Numbered from the stretch's first letter, positions 32,242 through 45,400 are shown. The stretch: 64,000 nt of DNA from Rebecca billardiae RCC1528 (GCA_965240325.2 OZ251227.1:2728001-2792000), one strand, 5' to 3'. The notes: a model not told the origin generated them from the letters alone. Program-made: numbers and translations.

Positions 32242-33179
32242 GGGGGGGGGTTGCCGCGGCCTCGAGCGTCGACGCGTTGCCGGTTCAGAGTGGTGCGGGT
32301 GCTGGGCGGGCCGTGATTGGTTGATCTGGAAACAAACCGTACTCATCGTCACATGATCCACCAATCAGTTCCGAGTATTTGACGAGGCAGTTGCATTATC
32401 GCCGCGCATTTTTGATGTACGGTGACCCTCTGAGTCCTCGTCATCAATCATGATCATAGTTGCCAATGATTACAAAGTTGGTGAAGTATATCGTTATGAT
32501 AATAAGTGAAGCGCGTCGTCGTAAGTTTCCACGGCGTTGGCCCTCCGCCAACCGAGGACCGGACACATCCATGATGGGCGTGCAGGCGGCACGGCCACGC
32601 CCTCGCGGCCGTGGCGACCGGCCTCGCACGCGTCCTTGCGGCGCGAAAGGGCCGATCCCAGCTGCGGTCATTCGCGCCGCGAGCAGCACGGCCACGCGTC
32701 GCCCGCCGCACCGGCTGAGCGTGCGCCGAAAGAGGTACCGCGGGAGATGGCCCCACTCAGACTGACGAAGGCAGCAGGTATTACCGGGCTAGCCTGCCAG
32801 CAGTAGTCGTCGCGCGTACTCGACGACAGCAATCGGACGCTTAGTCGGGTCGCGCAACTGGCGGTGCTGCGCCATTAGTTGTGTCTTGTCCGTCGGTTGT
32901 CGTCGTCGCCGCATCGAGTCACCACGCTCCTCCGGGCCCGGCTTGGTCCACGGCTGACACGCGCTTCGCTCATTAATGATACATATATATATTATTATTA
33001 TTGCAGTAGTCGTCGCGTCTCCGCAGTCCGCAGTCTCCGCGCCTGCGCCGACTGAGCACGCGCGCGAGCGCCGCGCCGCGCCGCCGCCCGGCGGCGGCTG
33101 GGGCAATCTGAGCCGCGAGCGAGTGCTGCGCATGCGTGTCGCGAAGTGTCACCGACACCGACCACCGTCACGTGATGCA

Positions 33180-34613
33180 TCAACACGATGATTGATGGAC
33201 GGCTGCGAGTCTCATCAGCTTGGCCACAGCCGCTTCGAGCGCGGTGCGCGCTGGGCGCTCGATGAACACAGCGAAGGGGATGGCGATGGCGGCCGTCAGC
33301 AGCGTGCCAACCGCCCACAGCAGCGCCACGTACGTCCACGTCGCGTGCGTGCCCTCTCTCGGGCGCAGCCAGCCCCACGCCAGCTCGGACAGCACGCGCG
33401 TGTGTAGCATGTTGAAGGCGTACGATGCGCGCGCAAGGAGCGACAAGGGTGAGCGGCCGTGGGCGGGCGTGAGTGCGCGCGCGAGCCATGCGGAGTGCAT
33501 GGGGCTCGCCGCGGGGCTCAGGACCGTGGCAACGAGCGCAGCGAGCGCGAGCGCGAGCACGTTGTGCACGGCTGTGGTCGCGAGCGCACGCGCAGCCCGG
33601 CTGGGCTCGGCGTCAGGCGGCCGCGTGCACGCGCCGAGCACCGCAGCCACGGCGATGGCCTGCACCGCCGAGCGCGTGGCGAGCGCCGCGCGCGAGTCCA
33701 CGCGCGGCGCGGCGCGCTCGGCTGCCGCAGATGGCAGCGCGAACGCCAGCAGCGCGCCGAGCACCATCGGCCCGTAGCGCGCGTGCGTGGGCAGGTAGAG
33801 CCGCTCCATGTATCTGAAGCCAATCTCGCACCCACCCGGCAGCTCGGAGCACGGCACCAGATCGAGGCCGTACCGGACTCGCATGAAGGGCACGGCCTCG
33901 GGCGGGGAGAGGTAGGCCATGTGCCCGCGCCAGGCCAGCGCGGTGATCGCGTACCGCTCCGGGTCCTGCAGCGCGTGCCGCACGCCGAAGCTGAGGACGA
34001 AGAGCGCGCTGAGTGCGATGACGGCGCGCGACTCGAACGCGCGCCGCGCGCGGCCGCCGCGCGCGCTCCGCCGCAGCGGGCCGCACGCGGCTCGCAGCGC
34101 GCCGAGGGCGAGGGTGAGCGCGACGCCGATGTGAAAGTCCGCGCACACCGACCACGACGTCGCCAGGCCGGTCGTCATGGTCGACCGGAAGGGCGCATAG
34201 TTGGAGCTGAAGGCGAGCGTGCGCGCGAGGATGCTGAAGCGCCGATCGGCGTGGACGTCGCCGAGGAGGAGCTGGAGCACGGCCGCGGCACCGAGCGCTG
34301 GCCACAGTCGGCAGGCTCGCCGCACGCACGCGCGGAGCGGGCGCACGTCCTCCGCAGAGCGCAGCTGGCGGCCGAGAAGGTAGCCGCTCACGAGCAGGAA
34401 GATCTCAACCTGCATGCCCGCGCCGGCGGCGGCGAACCAGAGGGGGTGGCGCATGTAGTTGTCCGCCGCAGGGCCTGCCACTGGTAGGTGCGCCGTCGCC
34501 AGGACGCCTGCGTGCAGAGCGATGAGCCATAACGATGCCAAGGCGCGTATCCCGTCCAGCGGTGCGACGCGATCGTTGGGGCTGCGGCCGCCATCCTCTG
34601 TAATCGTCGACAT
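33180..34613 (-). CDS. Acyltransferase-3 family membrane O-acyltransferase (OafA/NRF-6-like)
   Basis: RVAPLDGIRALASLWLIALH, VEIFLLVSGYL, RRACRLWP, SWSVCADFH and terminal FIERP motifs. Confidence 0.9.
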   Translation of the reverse strand: MSTITEDGGRSPNDRVAPLDGIRALASLWLIALHAGVLATAHLPVAGPAADNYMRHPLWFAAAGAGMQVEIFLLVSGYLLGRQLRSAEDVRPLRACVRRACRLWPALGAAAVLQLLLGDVHADRRFSILARTLAFSSNYAPFRSTMTTGLATSWSVCADFHIGVALTLALGALRAACGPLRRSARGGRARRAFESRAVIALSALFVLSFGVRHALQDPERYAITALAWRGHMAYLSPPEAVPFMRVRYGLDLVPCSELPGGCEIGFRYMERLYLPTHARYGPMVLGALLAFALPSAAAERAAPRVDSRAALATRSAVQAIAVAAVLGACTRPPDAEPSRAARALATTAVHNVLALALAALVATVLSPAASPMHSAWLARALTPAHGRSPLSLLARASYAFNMLHTRVLSELAWGWLRPREGTHATWTYVALLWAVGTLLTAAIAIPFAVFIERPARTALEAAVAKLMRLAAVHQSSC

Positions 34614-35060
34614 CACGAGATGTCGCGCAGATTTGAGATTTCATCTGCGGCTGCGACGGTCCCGTCAAGCCCCCCGCCCGCGCGGCCGCGCCCTTCCAGT
34701 TCATCGTTGTCTGAGGAGGGGCCGTCGCGGTGACGCGGTCGACAATCAGGATTAAGAGATCATCAGCATGAGCGCTGTTGCGTGGCCGGAGCCCGTATCA
34801 CGTATGTGCGTCGACGATGCCATCATGTCCACGAGCCGGTGACCCGACACCACTGCGGGCCTCCGGCTGCATGGAGGAGCGCGCGCGCGCGCACTGCGCA
34901 GAGCGCCTCCGTCGTCTCAGAGCCGTCAGCCAAGCCGTCCGCTCATAACTGGTCGGCTGGCGGCGAGTGCGAGCCTGGCTCGCGAGCCCGGCGTTCGGTC
35001 ACGGCGGCACCCTCAGCACGCCTCGCGCAGACGCACCCCGCCGCGCGCGAGCGGCCCCGC

Positions 35061-36065
35061 TCAGTTGAGCACGACGCTCTCGTACGTGGGCACCATGTAC
35101 TTGATGTTGATGAACGCATCCTCGCCGCCATGTGTCTCGAACAGCTCGAGCGTCTCGGTCACGAGATCGCCTGCGGGCGCGGCGGCGGGGTCGGGACGGG
35201 AGCGGTGAGCGCGGCGGAGCGCGGGCGGGGGCGGGGGCGAGCGCGGTGCACGCCGCGCGCTCTCTCCCCGCTCTCCGCGCGCGCGCGCACCGATCGTCAT
35301 CCGCTTTTGTTGCGAGTAGTCGATCTGATCGCCAATGTTCTTGTTGTCGTTCTTGAAGAGGTTGAGCACAGGCAGGATCTGCCGGTAGTACGGCACGAGC
35401 GCCTCGCCGATCATGTCGCCCGAGCGCACGAGGTACTGCAGCACCTTGAGCACCGCGCAGATGATCTCGCGCTTCCGCGTGTTCAGCGCCGTCTTAATCG
35501 GGATGATCAGCTGCGGGATGACCGGCAGGATCTTTGAGCCGCCCGCCTCGAGCATGTCGTAGCAGCCCTGCAGCGCGAGGAACTTGTACGGCTCCTCCTC
35601 CTCGCGCAGGCCGTCGAAGAAGATGGGCAGGTAGTGGTGGTAGTCGAGCTTGTCGATGTCCACCTTCCAGCTGATGCAGTTCGTGCCGCGGTGGTCCACC
35701 GCGATTGGCAAGTCCCCGCGCTCGTAGCACTTGCGGAACTCCGTGTTGGGCGGGTTGTCCCGCACCTCAAACGCGCCCGCCTTGGGCGGCGTGGGCTTGG
35801 CGCCGAGCTGCTTGGGCTTGGACCTCGAGCTCGACATGCCGCCTGTGCCCGAGTGCGACTTGAGCTTGTCCGGCTTGGCGCTCTTGTACACGTACGTCAT
35901 CGTCGCCGAGTTGTAGCCCGGGAGCTCCTCGACGCCGCCCGGCGGGCGCCTGCTCACAAAGTTGCCCGGGCGGCGGCCGGGGTTGACGCCCGTGGTCATG
36001 TCAAAGGCTGTGCCCGTCTCCTTGTGCTTCTTGCCATAGTTGAGCGGCGTGGGAGCCTGCGGCAT
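35061..36065 (-). CDS. PACRG: Parkin co-regulated protein (axonemal inner junction); intron 35171-35290
   Basis: [59 protein letters not shown]. Confidence 0.97.
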   Translation of the reverse strand: MPQAPTPLNYGKKHKETGTAFDMTTGVNPGRRPGNFVSRRPPGGVEELPGYNSATMTYVYKSAKPDKLKSHSGTGGMSSSRSKPKQLGAKPTPPKAGAFEVRDNPPNTEFRKCYERGDLPIAVDHRGTNCISWKVDIDKLDYHHYLPIFFDGLREEEEPYKFLALQGCYDMLEAGGSKILPVIPQLIIPIKTALNTRKREIICAVLKVLQYLVRSGDMIGEALVPYYRQILPVLNLFKNDNKNIGDQIDYSQQKRMTIGARARGERGESARRAPRSPPPPPALRRAHRSRPDPAAAPAGDLVTETLELFETHGGEDAFINIKYMVPTYESVVLN

Positions 36066-36375
36066 CGTCGGCAAGCGCGCGGGCGACCCCTCTCCGGGAG
36101 GCTGCTGTTTCACGCCTGGCTCTCGCTCGACCAGCGCAACTCCAAGCGCGGGCACAGCACAAGCCGGCTTGAAACCGACACGCGCTTGTCGAGAAGCCGG
36201 GCGCAAAAAGAAAAAACAGCAGCAGCCGAAAATTCAACACGCGAGTGCGCCGGCTGCGGGATTCGCGGAAACTCACGCCCGTCGGCGTGGGCTGGGCCTG
36301 CCCACGATGGCGGCGCGTTGAGCGAAACTCGTTTTCTCGCACGAACGCGCGGTTGGCTGGCTGACCACGTCTCCG

Positions 36376-38541
36376 ATGGCAACGCGCAGCGTGCTCATCC
36401 CTACCCTCGCGATCGTCGGCGCCCTGTGCGTGCTCTCCAGCGTCAGCTGGTTCCGCACGATGGAGGTGTCCGCGCCGCACATTGCCGTGCGCGCGGGCTC
36501 GGAGATGCTCCGCAGGGTGCCGCACGTGGCCGCGCTGGCGATGGGGGACGACCCGGCGGCCGTGCTCGCGTCGAGTCCAGCCGAGCCAACTCGATCGCCC
36601 ACCCCGACGCCCGTGCCCACGCCCGCCGCCAGCGCCAGCACGGGTGGCACGCCGATCGGAAGCTCCGCGAGTGTGCCGGCGAGCGCGCCCGCCGCGAACG
36701 CGAGCGCGGGCGCGAGTGCGAGCGCGGGCATGCCCGCCGCCGCCGAGCGCCGCGAGTGCAAGGTGAGCCCGACGGTCTCGACGGTCAACAGCTGCCTGCT
36801 CAGCAGCGTCGCCTCGCCCTCCAACGTCATCATCAACAGCTGCGCCGACTCGAAGTACGAGCTGTACGCCGTCAACTATGTGAAGGCGCTGCGCGCGGTG
36901 AACGTGACCAACTTCGTGATGGGCGCGCTCGACGAGGCCGTGCTCAAGACGTTCCAGGGGATGAGCGTGCCGAGCTTCTCCCTCGCCAACATCTCGGCGG
37001 GCGCGCGATGGCACGCGACCAACCGGCAGAAGATCCGCGTCGTGCTCGCGTTCATCGAGCTGGGATTTGGGATTCTGTTTACCGACATCGACGTCATGTT
37101 CATGTCCGACCCGATGCCGTTCATCGACGAGTGGCCGATGGCGGATCAGCTGGTCTCGAGCGACATGATGGCGGTGCGTGCGCCGCGCGCGCGCGCGCGC
37201 GCCCGCCCGCGTCCGCCGCCGCGCTCACCCGCTGCTCACTCGGCCGCGCGCCCGCCGGCTCGCGCCGCGCCGCACCGTTCCGCTCGCGCGCAGATCCAGA
37301 GACGCTCCAAGTCGAAGCGCCTCGAGGACGTGACGCAGTTCAAGCAGCAGCACGCGGCGCCGCTGAACGTGGGCATCATGCTCGTGCGCCCGACCGAGGT
37401 GAACATCAAGTTCACCATCGACTGGCTCACGCGCTCGAACCGCGAGATGGACGTGTCGATGCAGGCGATCTACGACATCCTGCTGCGGACCAACCACACG
37501 TGCAAGATCGACGAGGAGGTGCTGCCCGAGCTCGCGACGTGCTACAAGCCGGCGCTCAGGATCGGGCTGCTGCCGATCGACCGCTTCGCGAACGGGTACA
37601 CCTACTTCATCACGCACCTGCACGAGAAGCAGAAGGTCGACGTGATCGCCGTACACGGCACCTTCCAGGTGCACCAGGCGACGATCGCCAAGATCCACCG
37701 CTTCCGCGAGGCGCGGCTCTTCTTTGACCACGACGACTACTACCGCGCGTCGCGCCGGTACATGACGTACGAGCCGACGCTGCCCGAGTGGATGGTCGCC
37801 GCGCTCAACGGCTCGCGCGCGCTGCCGCACAGCCCGCGCGACCAGCTGCCGCTCCACTTTGAGGTGATGCACTCGCAGTTTGCGCAGCTGCGCGACGCGC
37901 TCGCGATCGCGCTCGCGCTCGACCGCACGCTCATCCTGCCGAAATTCCACTGCGTGCTCGACAACAGCTGGTACGCGCTGATGGGCGCGTGGCCGGGGTT
38001 CCGGCTGCAGGGCCCGTTCCACTGCCCCGCCGACCACCTGCTCAACTTCGACGGCATGAAGGCGCAGTTCGGCCTCGGCCGGTACCGCGAGCACTCCTTT
38101 CTGCTCAACCCGCGCACGCCCGCCGTGCTCAAGGCGCCGCCGCGCGTCGTCGCGGTGGTGCCGAGGCCAGCAAAGGGCGCGGGCGACGGCGCGGGCGCGG
38201 CGGACACGGCCGGCCCGCACATACCCCTGGGCGCGTCGAGCGAAGAGGTGTTGTTTCTGCTCGCCGGGCTCAACGACCCCGTCATCCACTTCACCAACAT
38301 GGTGGGCGCCTTCTCGCGCTTCTCGGCGCAGTCGGAGCAGGACGTGTTCGAGTACAAAATCAAGCGCGTGCCGACGCTGTGGTGCTGCCTCGACGGCCGC
38401 ATCGCGCGCGAGTTCAAGCAGAAGTTCCCGCCCGGCCACATCTACTACGACCCGTACTTCGACCGGCCGCACACCGACCGCTTCGGCCGCGTGTACGGCG
38501 CGACGTGGGAGTTCCGCACGGGCGAGCTCGCCTTCAATTGA
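36376..38541 (+). CDS. GT77 nucleotide-diphospho-sugar transferase, XEG113-like arabinosyltransferase; intron 37174-37293
   Basis: Type II anchor. FTDIDV DxD motif, LNVGIM, LLPIDRFANGYTYF, AVHGTFQ...KIHRFREA and ALAIA..LDRTLILP.F.C..D...PF.CP.DH as in XEG113. Confidence 0.88.
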   Translation: MATRSVLIPTLAIVGALCVLSSVSWFRTMEVSAPHIAVRAGSEMLRRVPHVAALAMGDDPAAVLASSPAEPTRSPTPTPVPTPAASASTGGTPIGSSASVPASAPAANASAGASASAGMPAAAERRECKVSPTVSTVNSCLLSSVASPSNVIINSCADSKYELYAVNYVKALRAVNVTNFVMGALDEAVLKTFQGMSVPSFSLANISAGARWHATNRQKIRVVLAFIELGFGILFTDIDVMFMSDPMPFIDEWPMADQLVSSDMMAVRAPRARARARPRPPPRSPAAHSAARPPARAAPHRSARAQIQRRSKSKRLEDVTQFKQQHAAPLNVGIMLVRPTEVNIKFTIDWLTRSNREMDVSMQAIYDILLRTNHTCKIDEEVLPELATCYKPALRIGLLPIDRFANGYTYFITHLHEKQKVDVIAVHGTFQVHQATIAKIHRFREARLFFDHDDYYRASRRYMTYEPTLPEWMVAALNGSRALPHSPRDQLPLHFEVMHSQFAQLRDALAIALALDRTLILPKFHCVLDNSWYALMGAWPGFRLQGPFHCPADHLLNFDGMKAQFGLGRYREHSFLLNPRTPAVLKAPPRVVAVVPRPAKGAGDGAGAADTAGPHIPLGASSEEVLFLLAGLNDPVIHFTNMVGAFSRFSAQSEQDVFEYKIKRVPTLWCCLDGRIAREFKQKFPPGHIYYDPYFDRPHTDRFGRVYGATWEFRTGELAFN

Positions 38542-39484
38542 GGCCGCGCTTGTGCTCGCCTCTGGCTCTTGCCCTTGGCATCCGCGTCAGTCCTTTCGAT
38601 CATGCAAACGATTAACGAAATAGCCAGACTAGCCGATAACTAGTGGGGTCAGCTAGCTCCGACCGTTACACAGTACACTCCCGCGGATGACTGTAACACT
38701 CAGATTAGTATTAGTGTTACCAATATTATAATTCACGCGACGAAATGTCGTAATATGCTGATGAGAATATCTCGTACGACCGTAATGAGTGAGTGATGAC
38801 ACTTTCCCTTCCGAATTGTTGAGGCCCACTCGATCACGTACACGTCCACGTCCACGAGTGACGTGGCCTCGTGCGACCGGCGGCGCGTCGGAGTCCCTGC
38901 TCGGAGCCGTCGGAGGCGGCGCATGGTCCGAAGGATGGGCAAGTAGGGGCCACTGGCTCATCCTTCTGACGGCCAAGCTGACCTCTGGGGAAGCCTTGCG
39001 AGGATGCAGACCTATTAATGTTCCGCCTGACCCCACACGTTGTGAGTCTGACGATCAATGTTGGCTGCGCGGTAGTCGTGCGACCGCCGCGTCTGGCACG
39101 GCTGCCCGTGCGTGTACGTGGGTGTGTGCGCGCCTGTCACCGGCGGGGCGATCGTCGACCGGCATGGCTAGCGAGCTGGTCAGGGCTAGTGGCAGCCTTC
39201 TCTGGGACCACACCACGCGATTTGGCGACCTCGTCACCACTCAATGCCCGTCCAGAGACACGGTATGTGCGCGCTGCTACCTGGCCAGCCACCATCGCGC
39301 ATGCGTCGCGAATAAAATGCTTCGTCACAGCGCGCGCATTTTCCCGTGCAACTCCTTTCCGCTCGGGCTGCTGGCGGGCGCGCAGGCGGCAGGCTGCGCC
39401 GTCGCAGCACGCGCGCTGCGTCCCGCGCCCGGTGGCCTCTCGCGGCGCGCGACGCTTCTGCGCGCTCGTGACGCGTGCGGGTTG

Positions 39485-42400
39485 ATGGGGCCGAAGAAGG
39501 CGAGTAGCAGCGGGGCTGGCGCCTCGGCTTCTGACTCGTGCGTCTCGGCCAAGGCCGTGGCCCACGCCTGGCCAAAGGCGCCGACGCCGTGCGATGTCGC
39601 CCTGCCGCACGACATCGCCGAGGAGTGCAACAAGGCGAAGCTGGACGAGGGAACGGTCGAGTGGACGCAAGTGCGTGATGCCGCGCGGCCGATGCTAGCA
39701 TGCCACCGCGCGCATGCACCCAAGCGAGCCACCTGCAGCGCGAAGCGCTAATAAAAGCTCTCACATGGCTATGCATGCGTGGACTGCGCTCGGACCGCGC
39801 ACCGCGCACCGCATTGTCACGTCGCGCAGAATCTGCTCGATGTGTCGCAGAACCTGATCGAGAAGCACAGCGGATCGGCCGACCTGCTCGGCTACGCGCT
39901 GCTCTTCGCGCGCGCGGGTGCGTCGCGCGCTGCGCGCGGCGTTACGCCATGCAGCCAGAGGTCGCAGGCCGAATGCGCACTCGCGCGCAACCTCCCATCC
40001 GCGCCGCTGGCGACCCGGTGCGCCTGACCCCGCCTTTGCCGCGCGCGCACGGTGCGCACACGGCCGTGTCTCTCTCTCTCGGCTGCTCACGCACGCGCGC
40101 GCAGCGGTCAACTGTGGCTCAGAGGTGAGTGGCGCGAGCGCGCGCGGCCCGCGCTCGCTGGCGCGCTCGCCAGCCCGCGCTCACACTGGCTCGCGTACCG
40201 TGCGTGCGCTGCTGCGCGCACTGTCGGGCGTCGTCGGCCGCGCGCGCAGGCCCTGACCGACGACTCGAACATCATGTTCCTCAACGCGCTCGCGCACGCC
40301 GTCCATAAGTTGCCGGCCGAAAAATCGCTGTTTGCGCTGAACGCGCTCACGCGCCGCCCCAGCGAGGGCGTGCTCGATGGGCTGGGCAGCCTCGCCGAGG
40401 CCGTGAAGGATCTGTGCGAGAAGATCGAGAAGGACGCGGACGAACAGAACAGGCACGAACAGAACAGGCGCACCGAGGAGGCGGCCCGCTCGGAGCGCAA
40501 CCAGAAGTTGAGCGCGGACAACTTTGGCTTTGAGTGCGCCAAGAGGGGCGTGTACGGCTTCACGCTTTCCGAGCAGGTGGCGGTGCACCTCCTGACGACG
40601 ATGGGCAACGCGCACAAGGTGCCCGAGAACGTGCGCCTGATGTGGGGCGGACGGATCGCGACGCTCGACACGGGCGCCCTCGTCCGGAACCGGCTCCAGC
40701 CCATCAGCAAAACGCTCCTCGACGCGCAGGAGGCGGAGGGCGACACTGAGCAGCCGCCGCAGCACTACAAGCTGGCCGCCGAGCTGCGCGAGGGCGCGCG
40801 GCTGTGCGCGGTGCTGCTGCCCAGGGACCAGGGCGCGATGGCGAGCGTGGCGCGCGTGCTCTTCGGCTTCACGGTGCTCGTCTTTGACCCGAGCGTGCTC
40901 GGGGCGGCGCGCGCCAGCAGCTTGGCCGGCAGGCGCGCGTTGGAGCAGCTCTACACGACCGCGCGGGAGCTGATGGACGACGTGGTCGCGGTGCTCGAGG
41001 CGGCGGGCGCGACTGATGCGGAGCTCAAGTGCTACCGCCTGGCGTGCGAGCTCCGCGACGCGCTCGAACCGACCGCTGCCGCCAAGGCGAAGGGCGCCGA
41101 CGCGCCCAAGGGCCGCACGCTCAAGCATCTCGCCCCCGAAGTGCTCAGGGCGCACGACGCCTTTCTCCACGAGCTGGCGCCGCAGGTGGGCGCGGTGCGC
41201 GCGCAGGAGTTGCGCGGCGAGCGCGCCGACCCCGGCGACCTGCCGCGCGCGTACCTCTCGACGCTGCTCGGCTGCTCGCACGCGCTGTACAGCGGGCTGC
41301 TCAGCGGGCAGCGCGCGGTCGAGGCGAGCAAGGTGCTCAGGCGGCTGCTCCCCCTCTGGTGCCGCCGCGAGCTGAACGTCAGTGTCGCGTCCAACTGGCT
41401 GAACGACAGTTTCACGTCCAACGTGGGCGCGCTCCCGCCGGCGTTGCACCTCATGAGCTCGGCGCTGAGGGACGCGATGCAGTCGGCGAGCTTGCGCCCG
41501 CTCGTGTACACGCATCTGCGTGAGAGCATCGCGCAGGCCGTGGCGATCAAGGCGAGCGGCGGCGAGCACGAGCAGATACTCGTGCCCGTCGTGCAGGAGA
41601 CCTTGCTGCAGGTGCATCAGATGATGGTCGGCTTGGGCTCGGAGAGAAACCCGCCGTGGTGGGGCGAGCTGATGTCCGAGCTGGTCCTGCCGGCCGAGGA
41701 CGACGACGAGCGGCGCCAGCCGCTCGCGCCCGCTGTCTTCCAGGTCGCCGCCATCGCGGGCTGCTGGCCGGCGGCCGCGCTGCAGGACGACGGCGGCGCT
41801 GAGGCGCTCTTCGAGTTCCTCGAGGCGGCGTGGAAGCGCGTGCTGTGGCACCCGACCCACCTCCAGGCGCAGATCGCCGTGATGGAGCACCCCCTGTTCA
41901 AGCAGAAGCCGGAGAAGGCGACGCTCGCGTTCGTGCGCGCGCTGGCCCCTGCGCTCACGCTCACGATCACGCGCGCGCGCGGCGGCAAGGAGTCGGTGCT
42001 CGCGTTTGAGATGGCGACCGAGGTCGTGCTACAGATGCTCGACAGGCCGTGGGTGCCCTCGGCCGACGCGGTGCTGGCGGTGAGCAAGCAGCTGGTGCGG
42101 CACAAGGTGCTCGAGGCGCTGCTGCGTGCCCACCACGCCGGTCTGGCGGGCGCGCCGCTCGAGCCGTCGCAGCTCGAGGACCTCCTCGGCATCTTCTCGA
42201 CGATGCACTGGCTGCTGACGCGCGCCCTCCCGCCGAACAGCCGGATGGCGACGCTGTTCGTGCGCAAGTGGCTGCACACGATGGCGGACAACCCCGAGCA
42301 GCGGCGCGCGTTCCGCGCGTGCTTGCGCCGCGCGGTCGCCAAGGCGAAGGGCGAGGGTCGGCTGAGCGAGGACCGGCTGATCAAGTTCCTCGCTGACCTG

Positions 42401-45400
42401 CTCGCCGAGCTCAGCCGGGACGAGGGCGCGGACGGCGAGCGCGCGCGCGAGGAGGACGAGCGCTCGTGCGCGCCGCTGGCCGACATCCGCGCGGCGCTCG
42501 CGGGCGACGGCGAGGACGAGCCGGGCAAGGGCAGCGGTGGCGGCGGCGGCGCGCAAGGCACGCGCGCGTCGTCCCCGATCGCATCTGCGCGCGCGCCTGC
42601 CTCTGACGAGGGCGGTGGCGGCGCTGGCGCGCAAGGCGCTCGCGCGTCGTCCTCGAGCGCTTCTTCGCGCGCGCCCACGTCGGACGACGCGGACAGCGTG
42701 GTCCGGAACCGGCTCCAGCGCATCAGCGACGCGCTCATCGACGCGCAGAAGGCGCGGGGCGATGGTGGGCAGCAGCCTTTCGCCAAGCTGACTGCCGAGC
42801 TGCGCGAGGGCACGCAGCTGTGCTCGGTGCTGCTGCCCAGGGACAAGGGCGCGCCGGCGAGCATGGCGCGCGTGCTCTTCGGCTTCACGGTGCTCATCTT
42901 CGACCCGAGCGTGCTCGGGGCGGCGCGCGCCAGCAGCTTGGCCGGCAGGCGCGCGTTGGAGCAGCTCTACACGACCGCGCGGGAGCTAATGGACGACGTG
43001 GTCGCGGTGCTCGAGGCGGCGGGCGCGACTGATGCGGAGCTCAAGTGCTACCGCCTGGCGTGCGAGCTCCGCGACGCGCTCGAGCCGACCGCTGCCGCCA
43101 AGGCGAAGGGCGCCGACGCGCCCAAGGGCCGCACGCTCAAGCATCTCGCCCCCGAGGTGCTCAAGGCGCACGACGCCTTCGTGCACGAGCTCAAGCCCAA
43201 GGTGGACGCGGTGCGCGCGCAGGAGTCTCGCGGAGACCGCGCCGACCCCGACGACCTGCCGCGCGCCTACCTCTCGACGCTGCTCGGCTGCTCGCACGCG
43301 CTGTACAGCGGGCTGCTCAGCAGGCAGCGCGGGGTCGAGGCGAGCAAGGTGCTCAAGGCGCTGCTCCCCCTCTGGTGCCGCCGCGAGCTGAACGACAGTG
43401 TCGCGTCCAACGTGGGCGCGCTCGCGCCGGTGGTGCACCTCGTGAGCTCGGCGCTGAGGGACGCGATGCAGGCGGCGACCCTGCGCCCGCTCGTGTACAC
43501 GCATCTGCGCGAGAGCATCGCGCAGGCCGTGGCGATCAAGGCAAGTGGCGGCGAGCACGAGCACATCGTCGCGGCGGTCACGCACGAGACCTTGCTGCAG
43601 GTGCACATGATAGTCATGGAGAGAAACCCGCCGTGGTGGGGCGAGCTGATGCCCGAGCTGGTCCTGCCGGCCGGGGACGACGACGAGCGGCGCCAGCCGC
43701 TCGCGCCCGCTGTCTTCCAGGTCGCCGCCATCGCGAGCTGCTGGCCGGCGGCCGCGCTGCAGGACGACGGCGGCGCTGAGGCGCTCTTCGAGTTCCTCGA
43801 GGCGGCGTGGAAGCGCGTGCTGTGGCACCCGACCCACCTCCAGGCGCAGCTCACCGTGATCGAGTGCGGCGTGCTCAAGCAGAAGCCGGACAAGGCGACG
43901 CTCGCGTTCGCGCGCGCGCTGCCCGCGGCGCTCACCTTCACGCTCGCGCGCGCGCGCGGCGGCAAGGAGTCGGGGCTCGCGTTCAAGATGGCGACCGAGG
44001 CCGTGCCGCTGCTGCTCGACATGCCGTCGGCGCCCTCGGCCGAGGGCGCGCTGGCGGTCGGCAACCAGCTGTTGCGGCACAAGGTGCTCGAGGCGCTGCT
44101 GCGTGCCCACCACGCCGGCCTGGCTGGCGCGCCGCTCGAGCCGTCGCAGCTCGAGGAGCTCCTCGCCGCCTTCTCGACGATGCACACCGTGCTGACGCGC
44201 GCCTTCCCGTCGACCGGCCGGATCGCGACGCTGTGCGTGCGTAGGGCGCTGCACACGATGGCGGACAACCCCGAGCAGCGGCGCGCGTTCCGCGCGGGCG
44301 TGCGCCGCGTGGTCGCCAAGGCGGAGAGCGAGGATCGGCTGCTGAGCGAGGATCGGCTGTTCAAGTTCCTCGCCCACCTGGTCGCCAAGCTCAGCCAGGA
44401 CGAGGGCGCGGACGGCGAGCGCGCGCGCGAGGAGGACGAGCGCTCGTGCGCGCCGCTGGCCGACATCCGCGCGGCACTCACGGGCGACGGCGAGGACGAG
44501 CTGGACGAGGGCGGTGGCGGCGGCGGCGCGCAAGGCGCGCGCGCGTCGTCCCCGAGCGCCTCTGCCGGCGCGCCCGCCTCGCACGACGCGGGCAGCGCGG
44601 GGAGGCGGCTGCTGACCTTCCCCGGCAGGCGGGCGGGTGCGGTGCCTCAGCTTGTGAGCAGCTTCCAGGACCAGGTCCTCCTCATCCTCGAGTGCATCGG
44701 GCTGATCGAGCCGTTATTCGCGATCAGCAAGCAGGAGGCGGAGAGGCTCGAGCGCGCGCCGCCACCCAGGGCAGCCGCACCGGGCGCCGACTCCTCCGAC
44801 CGCGACGACGACGAGGTGGCGTCGGGCGCGGCCGGCGGCCACGGCGGCGGCGATGGCGCGTGCGCGCGCTACTTCCGCGAGTGGTGTGCGAGCGTGATCT
44901 GGAGCTTCTACGAGGCGAAGGTGGGCAGGTCCGACGTCGAGGATTACGACACGGGCATGATCGGCGCGGAGTACGTGGCCCTCTGGTACGAGGCGGGCCT
45001 GCTCGCGCGGCTGCCAGACGGGCACTCTGTGCGGATTCAACGCGATGACGCGTGCATGGTGCGCGACATCGTCGACGCCTGTGTCGAGCTGTGCGTGCGG
45101 CGCGACGAGCCAGCCTCGCTCGCGCTGGACAAGGCCTCGCGCGAGTTCGCCAAAGGGCCGAGCGTCGAGTCCTCCGGCGCACTCCACAAGCTCTGGCGCT
45201 CTGGCGGCGTCGAGTCGATGCCGCGCGAGCAGCTCGAGCGCGTGCGCTCCATAGTGCCGGCAGTGCTCGCGCTGATGAGTCGGCTGCTCGCCGACCCGCG
45301 GCTGCTCTCGAGGCTGCTCGAGGCGGCGTTCGAGGACGAGCCGGAGGAGCTGTTCAGCGCGCTGCGGGCGGCGCTGCTCGTGCTCCAGCCGGCCGAGGCG

